Below are positions 15,142 to 22,900 of a stretch of 38,160 nucleotides of DNA, one piece after another. The DNA is from a virus. The notes under the pieces were generated by a model. That model searched no databases. It had not been told where the DNA came from and worked only from the letters and a program-made list of their open reading frames with translations. The position numbers and the translations under genes were made by a program. The stretch lies in the UHGV virus genome UHGV-0137970; one strand, written 5' to 3'. Every line of letters starts with the position of its first letter. The stretch's first letter is position 1.

Positions 15142-15469
15142 AGTTGCCTCCTAAAAATTTATTAAATTTGTTTTTAAATGCTTCTAAAGCATTTGACGGC
15201 TTAGGAAGTTCTATTCTTCCTTCTATTCTATTTTCAGCTAACATTGATACAGTTTCTATTGTTACAGCGTCATTTTCAAAGAAATTTTCACAATCATTCA
15301 TAAATTTTAAGTAATCATCAAGCACACATTCTTTTTTCATTTTCTCAAAATTTCTAGGTGTATCAAATTTTTTATATTCTTCATATTTTCTTTTTAAATC
15401 TGACATTCCTGTTTCTCTTTCAAATATATCTCTCATCATTTCTAATTCTGTTCTAGTTAGCATATTCAA
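15125..15469 (-). CDS. hypothetical 114-aa protein. Shares a C-terminal motif with the next gene
   Basis: C-terminus ELPKPSNALEAFKNKFNKF, compared with IPKPSETLQKFKEKFNLIK in the 305-aa protein. Confidence 0.45.
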   Translation of the reverse strand: MNMLTRTELEMMRDIFERETGMSDLKRKYEEYKKFDTPRNFEKMKKECVLDDYLKFMNDCENFFENDAVTIETVSMLAENRIEGRIELPKPSNALEAFKNKFNKFLGGNYENIR

Positions 15470-15478
15470 TCATCTCCT

Positions 15479-16396
15479 TTATTTTATTAAATTAAACTTT
15501 TCTTTGAATTTTTGTAGTGTTTCACTTGGTTTTGGTATATGTATAGTTGCATATCCAACTGGTTGATTTTCAGATGCACTTAAAGTATAGATAAGCCCTC
15601 TAAGTTCTATCATCATATTCAAATACTCTGTTGCTAAAGCTTCATCTTGTAATTTCATCTCTTGTATTGTTGAAGGAGTATCCATTCCCTCATATTCACT
15701 ATATTGAGCTTCTACTCTATCTAAATCTGTAGTTAAATCTTTCCAAGTGTGTGTTACTTTATCCCATTCTCTTTTTAAATATTCCTCTGGACATGGAACA
15801 GTTATAACCTCATCAGCTTCAACATATTGACCATCACTCAAAGAAACTATTTCTTTTTTAGTTTCTAAAACTACCTCATTTTCTTCAAGCTTTCTTTGAG
15901 CTCTCTTATATTTCTCATACTCTGTTGCCTCTCTTATCACATCTTTTTCAACTGTGATGTAGTAAGGAATATCTTTTCCATAATGCTGATATACTTCTTT
16001 TTGAAAATATTCAGCAGGTTTTTTAAGAGGTTGTTCAAATACGGCTATAATTTTAGATTTAAAGAATCTATCTGCATACTCTTTATCTATATAGAAGTAT
16101 TGTTTTTCACTATCTATTTCTACACTCTCATCAAAATCGCTCTCATGCTCTATAACATCTTCAGATAGAGTTTGAGAAGGATCTTCAATTACTTCAATAA
16201 ACTCTTCAATAGTATTTAAACTCTCATTAAATTTAAACTTATGAGGGATATCATTTCCCTCATAAATTAGAACTTCTTTAACTTGAAAATATTCTTTTCT
16301 CTCTTCAAGTTCTATTTCATTAATCATTTTTTCAGATACAGCTATACATTTAGCTATACCTTTTTTTGACAACTCTTTATCTAAATAAAAATACAT
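15479..16396 (-). CDS. acidic 305-aa protein downstream of the fibre cassette (function unknown; fibre assembly or accessory?)
   Basis: Start set at MYFYLDKE... after RBS AAAGGAG. The 23 upstream codons in the ORF track have no RBS. Confidence 0.5.
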   Translation of the reverse strand: MYFYLDKELSKKGIAKCIAVSEKMINEIELEERKEYFQVKEVLIYEGNDIPHKFKFNESLNTIEEFIEVIEDPSQTLSEDVIEHESDFDESVEIDSEKQYFYIDKEYADRFFKSKIIAVFEQPLKKPAEYFQKEVYQHYGKDIPYYITVEKDVIREATEYEKYKRAQRKLEENEVVLETKKEIVSLSDGQYVEADEVITVPCPEEYLKREWDKVTHTWKDLTTDLDRVEAQYSEYEGMDTPSTIQEMKLQDEALATEYLNMMIELRGLIYTLSASENQPVGYATIHIPKPSETLQKFKEKFNLIK

Positions 16397-16477
16397 TTTT
16401 ACTCCTTTCTTTTTTAATAAAATTGCTAGTAATTTAAAAATTTCTGTCCTTTTGTTATAGGACAAGTCATAGAACTA

Positions 16478-16522
16478 GCTAATACTACCAATCCAGCTAG
16501 CATTTGGCTAGGAACTACTTGG
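16478..16522. repeat. left arm of split inverted repeat (CTAAyyCTAmCAATCCA ... TAGGnACTACTTGG)
   Basis: Matches the reverse complement of 17325-17368 in two blocks (14/18 and 13/15). The first block is conserved out of frame relative to the proteins. Confidence 0.45.
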
Positions 16523-16918
16523 CAAGAGATTACAGATGCTTTTACTAAGTCTGTAAGCTCGAATGAGAGTGTAGGACAATATGCAGGTAGTAATACTGTC
16601 ACTCTTATTAAAGATAATTTGCCTGCTACAAGTTTGAAAATAGATTCATTTTCTATGTCAATTAATCCCCATGTACATAAAATCTATGGGTATGCCTTTG
16701 GGGATATTTTAAATAAATATGGAATAAACGATAACAAACATGACGGATCTTTTCAAACTGGTCCTGCTGAATGTAATGCTATGGATAAAGTATGCGAAAC
16801 AGCAGGTGGTGGAAGTACTGGAACTGCTTCACCTGTCACTGAAAACATGGGAACTGGTAAAGCTATTGACATTAAACCTAGGCATTACCTTGTAAAAAAA
16901 TGGCAAAGATTAACTTAA
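16478..16918 (+). other. start-less alternative tail-fibre C-terminal (receptor-binding) cassette, convergent with and overlapping the fibre gene by 9 nt
   Basis: Open frame begins right after a TAG with no start codon. The translation WLGTTWQEITDAF...DNLPATSLKIDSFSM...GTGKAIDIKPRHYLVKKWQRLT aligns along its whole length with the fibre C-terminus YLGTTWSKIEGRF...ANLPNVKLTVDTFSL...GSGQTLDIIPAYYTTHMWLRLS. Confidence 0.6.
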
Positions 16919-18238
16919 TCTCAACCACATATGAGTTGTATAGTAAGCAGGTATTATATCTAGTGTTTGTCCACTTCCTAAGGCTGATGTTTGTGGGCTT
17001 GCTGATGAAGTAGTTCCTGAATTATAGTTTGTTTTCTTCATTCTAAGTCCAAATGCTCCACCACCATCTTGTCCACACCACCCATACGATGTCCAAGAGT
17101 CGACAGGAATAACTTTTTCTCCATAAGTTACTCCAGGGGCTGAATAATAAGTGTCAAATGATTTTACAGCTTGGTATTTTGCTCCTGTTAAACTAAAAGT
17201 ATCAACAGTTAGTTTAACGTTCGGAAGATTAGCTTGAGAGATAGTCTTAGACATGCTACCACCAGTCTGCTTACTAGCTTGACTGCTAGAAGTACCTAAT
17301 AAGAATCTACCCTCTATCTTGCTCCAAGTAGTACCTAAATACTTAGATGATGGATTGTTAGAGTTAGTAGTAAGGTAAATGTCCCCTATTGCATAAGGAC
17401 AGAAATTTTTAAATTTCTCATAAATTCCTTTTATCTTATCCTCTATCTTTTTTGCAGTATCATATTCAGCAGATACGTTCCCTTTATCTAATTTATCTTT
17501 CTCTAAATCATCTACACGATTAGCAAGACCACCACCTGCACCTTGTACAAGCTCAAGTTGTTTTTTACCCTCTGCAATAATCTCATCTATCTTTTTATTA
17601 CCTAGTTTTTCAATTTCACTTCTTATTGTTGTATCAAGGTTATTAAGTTCTCTAAGTAACTCATCAGTCTCGTTTCTCAACTCTTGTGACATATTTTCTT
17701 TATCTACAAGTAGCAAATCCTTTATTTCCTTATACAAACTATCAATCATATTTTGGAATCTATCATATAGCTCTCCAATAGGTAGTGTCTCTATATTTCC
17801 TGTAGCTCCATTTCTAAACCATACACAATCATTAGGTAGATACGGAATATTATTTTGTCCGGCACTTCCACTATCTATAAAGACATAACTTTCTGTAATG
17901 GCGGTTTCTATATCCACTATATGCTGTTTAATCTCATCTTTAAGTTTATTTAAGTTGCTAGCTGTTATATCCCCTAGTTTATTAAAGTTTACACTAGGTT
18001 GGAAATATGGTAGTTTCTCAACTATCTTAATAGCTGTGTAGTCACTCCATACCCCGTTAGGATATAAAGAGAAGTCTATGTTTCCAGCATTGCTTGTATA
18101 TCTATCATTGGGTATTTTATATACAAACGCTTCTCTTTCCTTACAACCATAGACTTCACATTTAGAAATATCTAAACTTGTAGGATATAAGTGCCTATTA
18201 GTTTCTGTTTGGAAGTATTCTTTTTTAAACTCTAACAT
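16910..18238 (-). CDS. tail fibre protein (442 aa) with central coiled coil and C-terminal receptor-binding domain
   Basis: Follows terL in the same operon. Long heptad region (LRELNNLDTTIRSEIEKLGNKKIDEIIAEGKKQLELV). Ser/Thr/Gly-rich C-terminal domain. Confidence 0.6.
   Translation of the reverse strand: MLEFKKEYFQTETNRHLYPTSLDISKCEVYGCKEREAFVYKIPNDRYTSNAGNIDFSLYPNGVWSDYTAIKIVEKLPYFQPSVNFNKLGDITASNLNKLKDEIKQHIVDIETAITESYVFIDSGSAGQNNIPYLPNDCVWFRNGATGNIETLPIGELYDRFQNMIDSLYKEIKDLLLVDKENMSQELRNETDELLRELNNLDTTIRSEIEKLGNKKIDEIIAEGKKQLELVQGAGGGLANRVDDLEKDKLDKGNVSAEYDTAKKIEDKIKGIYEKFKNFCPYAIGDIYLTTNSNNPSSKYLGTTWSKIEGRFLLGTSSSQASKQTGGSMSKTISQANLPNVKLTVDTFSLTGAKYQAVKSFDTYYSAPGVTYGEKVIPVDSWTSYGWCGQDGGGAFGLRMKKTNYNSGTTSSASPQTSALGSGQTLDIIPAYYTTHMWLRLS
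17325..17368. repeat. right arm of the split inverted repeat inside the fibre gene at the constant/variable boundary
   Basis: Reverse complement reads ctaactctaacaatccatcatctaagtatttaggtactacttgg. Confidence 0.45.
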
Positions 18239-18256
18239 TTTCCTTTGCTCCCTCCT

Positions 18257-19834
18257 TTAAAAGAAATAATTTTCATCTTCATAAGTTATAGCCCCTCCTG
18301 TATCAAATACAGTATTTTCAAATTTTTCAAATCCTGGTTGAATTTTTAAATACAAGTCATAGTAAATCATAGCTGTTCTAAATGAGTCTGCGTCATCTGA
18401 GGCTTTATCATTAGCGTCATGGTCTGGAATATCTACATATTCTTGCTTATTCTTGTCGTACTTTTTAATATAGCTTCTAAGTTTATCTAGCCCTATGTTG
18501 CACTCTTCGGAATCAATTTCAACTCTTGTAAACAAGAATCTAATCTTGTTTATCTGTGCCATAAGGGTAGCCATATTAGCTCCTGCTAAGTCTGTTTTTG
18601 ATAGTACTCTTACATCGCTAAAGAAGAACTCTCTAATGTAGTCACTTCTTTTTGAGGTTGATGTCCACTCTTCTACATCTCCATCGTGAGGTAAAATCAT
18701 TATAGGTTCACTACCAAAGTATTTACCTTTTACATACTCTTTTATGTATTCACAAAAATGGTCCGCTCCAACGCCTTTATTTCTGTAATGATGGATAAAC
18801 CTTATATTGCCATTACTTGGGTTTATTTGGAAAAACCATATAACCGTATGGTCACGTTTTCCTATATCCCAAGACACATATAAAGGAGCATGTTTGAAAT
18901 AATACCCCATATATTCAAGCTTAGTGTTCGCATACTCATCGTAAGTCTCTTCGTATTTTCCGAACCTACCAATTCTTTTATCCTGTATAGCTTTAGCTAT
19001 TTGGTCCGTGTAATATGCCCCCATACAACTTGTGTTTAATGCACATTCATATTCTTGTGCATAAATCTCTGGTAACATTTCAGCTTTTTGCTTTTCTCTT
19101 TCTACAACATTCATTACAGGGTTACCATTCCAAGCTTTAGATTCACTTGCTCTTTGGATATCCACATACCAAAGTTTTTTAATCTCTGGGTGTTTATCAA
19201 ACTTTTTAAAGTAGTCTACAAATAGTCTTGTGAACCAGTTATCTTTACCCCTTGGGGTAGAAATAAAGATTACTACTCCGAAACCAGTTTTATTAATTAC
19301 TGCGTCGATAGCTGGTTTCATATATTGGTAGAATCCTGGTTTCATTAGAGCAGCCTCGGTGTAGATTATTCCTCTAGCTCCAACCCCTACGTTACTATTA
19401 GGGTTGTCTGCTCCACGAATGAATATCTTTGAATTGTTGTAAAGAGTGATAGACCAGTCAGACCTATTTACTATGAATTGAGATTTCGGATTTTTTAGCA
19501 GCACTCTAGGGAATAGATTTTCAATCATAGGTACTCCGTCAAGCGTTTTTCCATCAACTACAATCTCTTTAGCTTGTCTAAAGTATGGTGCAAATATATA
19601 GTAGTTTCCAGGATATTTAACAGCACATAGAATAAGGACAATTAGTGCTAGGAAGTCTTTACCATATCTACGGTGAGCCATAAGAGCAAAATATTTCTTT
19701 TCTCCTCTTAGAACTTCACGAACCATCTCTTGCTGTCCTAGGTGCATTTTTTTAATAACCTTTTCATAGGATACAGTAACTCTTCTACGTTCCTGTCTAG
19801 TAGATAATCCAAATCCCAACTTTACCACCTCCAT
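18257..19834 (-). CDS. terL: terminase large subunit
   Basis: Walker A-like ALMAHRRYGKDF. Walker B-like GIIYTEAAL. Nuclease-domain Asp cluster (YVSWDIGKRDHTVIWFF ... DKASDDADSF). Size of 525 aa. Confidence 0.8.
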   Translation of the reverse strand: MEVVKLGFGLSTRQERRRVTVSYEKVIKKMHLGQQEMVREVLRGEKKYFALMAHRRYGKDFLALIVLILCAVKYPGNYYIFAPYFRQAKEIVVDGKTLDGVPMIENLFPRVLLKNPKSQFIVNRSDWSITLYNNSKIFIRGADNPNSNVGVGARGIIYTEAALMKPGFYQYMKPAIDAVINKTGFGVVIFISTPRGKDNWFTRLFVDYFKKFDKHPEIKKLWYVDIQRASESKAWNGNPVMNVVEREKQKAEMLPEIYAQEYECALNTSCMGAYYTDQIAKAIQDKRIGRFGKYEETYDEYANTKLEYMGYYFKHAPLYVSWDIGKRDHTVIWFFQINPSNGNIRFIHHYRNKGVGADHFCEYIKEYVKGKYFGSEPIMILPHDGDVEEWTSTSKRSDYIREFFFSDVRVLSKTDLAGANMATLMAQINKIRFLFTRVEIDSEECNIGLDKLRSYIKKYDKNKQEYVDIPDHDANDKASDDADSFRTAMIYYDLYLKIQPGFEKFENTVFDTGGAITYEDENYFF

Positions 19835-19851
19835 TTATTTTATTAACTAAA

Positions 19852-19883
19852 TAAAAAAGCTACCCCTCTAGGTAGCTCTTTTT
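19852..19883 (-). terminator. terminator 2 in the terL leader (AGCTACC-cctcta-GGTAGCT + T-run)
   Basis: Hairpin plus UUUUUU on the minus strand. Also flanked by an A-run, so may be bidirectional. Confidence 0.45.
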
Positions 19884-19894
19884 GGATTTTATAA

Positions 19895-19925
19895 AAATGG
19901 AAAAAGGCAACCTATTAAGTTGCCT
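19895..19925 (-). terminator. terminator 1 in the terL leader (AGGCAAC-ttaatag-GTTGCCT + UUUUUCC)
   Basis: Read from the minus strand. Confidence 0.45.
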
Positions 19926-19940
19926 GTATTTCTTATGGTT

Positions 19941-19969
19941 ATATTAACATTATTACTTAGAAGTTTCAA
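19941..19969 (-). promoter_or_regulatory. promoter candidate TTGAAA-17-TAATAT inside the conserved motif (copy 2), upstream of two tandem terminators and terL
   Basis: Motif AAATTTGAAACTTCTAAGTAAT shared with 8893-8927. Confidence 0.3.
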
Positions 19970-19973
19970 ATTT

Positions 19974-19991
19974 TTTCGAGAGCTCTCGAAA
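19974..19991. repeat. 18-bp perfect palindrome TTTCGAGAGCTCTCGAAA (site C), intergenic, flanked by T-runs
   Basis: aaattttttCGAGAGCTCTCGaaattttttt between the gp16-like gene stop and the terL leader. Confidence 0.8.
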
Positions 19992-19998
19992 TTTTTTT

Positions 19999-22900
19999 CT
20001 AAAATTCATCTTCTATATCTTGGAATTTTTCATATGCTCCTGTTGCTAGGTTAAAGTTTGAAGTTCCTATACCTAGTTTCATCATATTAACAAATGCCTT
20101 GTCAATATCTCCTTTTAAAAGATTTTGAGATATAGTAATTGGACGCCTTACAGCTGCAGCTCCATTTACTAATGCCCATGTATTTATTTGAGTATCAACT
20201 AAATTCCAAAAATTAGATCCTGGATTATCTATAAGTTCATCTACTTTATCATTTATTGTAGCTACAGGGTCAGCATAAAACTCTGGGTCACTAATTAGTG
20301 CAATCCCTCCATAAAAGACAGGAAGTGCTGCTAAATGTTTAAATAATCTTTTTTGCCATATTTTGTTACCCCAATCAAATTTACCATCATTCATATTGGA
20401 TAAATAAAAATCTCTTCCTAATCTACGCCATTGTTCATTGATAGAAGTTTTGAAGTTACCCATAAGACGCATAAAGTTTCTGTGGACAGGGTTTCTAATA
20501 TTTTCTATTGCTGCTCTCATCGACGGATTAGCCTCTGTTGGTGATACATCGGTAGCTATCTTATCATATAATTTAACTATTTTGTCACTTACACTCTTTT
20601 TCATTAGTTCAAATTCTTCATCAGCAAGCACTCTACCGAGTTTCTTTTCCATATCAGTTTTAGTTATCATATCAAAAACATCAACTTCTGAAAAGATACC
20701 TTCTCTAAAACTTTGGATAGTATCTAATTTTTTTATAAAGTGATAATCTAAATCATTTATTCCTACATTATCAAATAATCTTTTCATATAGTTAGTGTTA
20801 TGCTTAAATAGGTCATCTATATCAGTGTATTTCCCTATATCTCTTAGGGTTTCGGAAGCTATAAAGAAAGAGGCTAGTTTCATTATCTTTTGAGTTTCAC
20901 CATAAAGATTTAATTTATTTAGTCCATTATCTACCGAACTCATAGCTTTTTCAGCTTTGCTTCCGTATTTCATCATTCTTTCATGTCTTAACCCTACATA
21001 ATCATCTGCACTATCCATTACAGAACTTATGAATTTTATAGGAACAGAATTTTCAAATCTTTTACCCATAGCTTTATCAACCTTATCATACATTTCTTTA
21101 CTTAAATGTAAGACTTGTGCCGCTTTCATAAATTGCTTTATAGTATCAACTATTCCACTTCTACCATAAAGCATTGTAGAAGCTCTAGCTATTGTTGGGG
21201 CTTCAAATGCAAAATCTTTAAAAGCTTTAAACCCAGTTAAACTCACCTTGTTACTAAGGCTTAAAAGATTGATAACAGCTTTATCTAAGAATTGTTTAGG
21301 TGGTTTAGTAACAACTCCTAGACGCATACCTATTCTTTCTTTCATTTTACCCTCTATATCTCTAGCATAAGTTTGGAAATCTGCATTAGCTCCAAACTCT
21401 TGTAGTCTATCTAGGATATGTTTAACTGTATTATATCCTCCATTTGGTAGCACTTCTTGCATAGCTTTAGCTGCTGAAATTTCATTTATAAATTTATGAA
21501 TAGCATTTCTATCACCAGTACTATTTTTATCTACAAGCTTTCTTAGAGAATCTTTAGAGATTAGCATATCTTCATTCAAATACCTCTCGAATCTACCAAA
21601 TCTATTTAAGTGAGTTCCTAGATAATGATTATATTTAATGTCTCCTCTTTTACTCATTAAGTCCATACTATACATATATTTAGCATTTCTTTTCTTACTT
21701 TCTAAAATATTTTCAGCTATTTTATTAGAATCTATATCTTCATAGAAATTACTTTTTTCTATATAATTATTTACTCCTTCTACTTCATCTAGTTTATATT
21801 TTTTTATAAGATTTATTTTATCATCTTTAGACATGCAATTTCTAACTCTTTCAAGCTCTTTTAATATTTCGGATTTGCTCATTTTCTTTTTACTTTTAAG
21901 TTTAGCTTCTAAAACTTCTGGTGCAGACCTAAAAAATTCTAAATTTTCCTCTGCAAATCTATCTCTTATATTTCTTAATCTTTCTGGAATCTCTATTCCT
22001 GTTACATCATCAAATGACATTTTACCTCTAATTAATTTACCTAAATCAAGGTTTTTATTCTCATCTAAAAATTTAACAAGTTCTTCTTTTTGTAAATATT
22101 TTTCTACACTAAGTCCTTGGTCGAACATAAAGTTATTAATTATATCCTCTGGAGTTAATTCACTGCCTTGTGTTAAATCTTTCATAATCTTATAAAACTC
22201 TTTTTTAGTTTCAAGTAGCTTAGGTTCTAAGTATTTGAGATTATCTGGTAATTTGCTATCCCATCTAAACAAATACCTTGCAAGTCCTCCTTTATCAAAC
22301 GTATCACATAACTCTTTAGGACTAAGAATACTACCCATTTTATCCTCTATCTCCATAAGTCCAAGAATCATGCCTTTCATTTGTTGGTCTACTTTTTCAA
22401 AAGGAATAAATAGATTAGTTTCTAGCCACTCTCCTACATTTGTTGTAGCCTCTGCTGTTGTATTAGCGTTAAAGAAAATGTCGTACAAATCCTTTTTCCA
22501 TTTAGTATAAGTACTTAATTCTTTTCTTAATTTAGCTATTGCTACTGCTGGGTCATTTTCTGCCATAGCCCCTTTAACTATACTTTCCGTAACTTTAGCG
22601 TCGAGAGAATCTGCATTTTTAGGAATTTCAAGTTTTAATATTTCTGCAACTTCATCATCTATCTTTCCGTCTCTTACAAGGTTATCCATTTGATTTCTTA
22701 AAATATATGATATTTCAAAATATGTATCATCAAATCCAGCAAAATGTCCACTACCAACTTTATTTAGCACCTCTTCAATAGTTGAATCTTCCATTCCATC
22801 TATATATGAAAATGCTTTGCTTTTAAAGTCTGGATTTTGGTATAAGTCAATAATGTGTTGTATTTCGTGCCTCATTACTCCTAGTTCTGTATCTAAATCA

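Noticed and set aside
16397-16465. N-terminal 23 codons of ORF 15479-16465 as given in the ORF track
   Set aside because: The first ATG with a convincing RBS (AAAGGAGtaaaaATG) is at 16396. The upstream extension has no RBS and abuts the fibre cassette repeat.
16478-18238. Considered a diversity-generating retroelement (template repeat / variable repeat pair) for the duplicated fibre C-termini
   Set aside because: The copies are only ~35-40% identical at protein level rather than near-identical with adenine-specific changes, they are inverted, and no reverse transcriptase is present.
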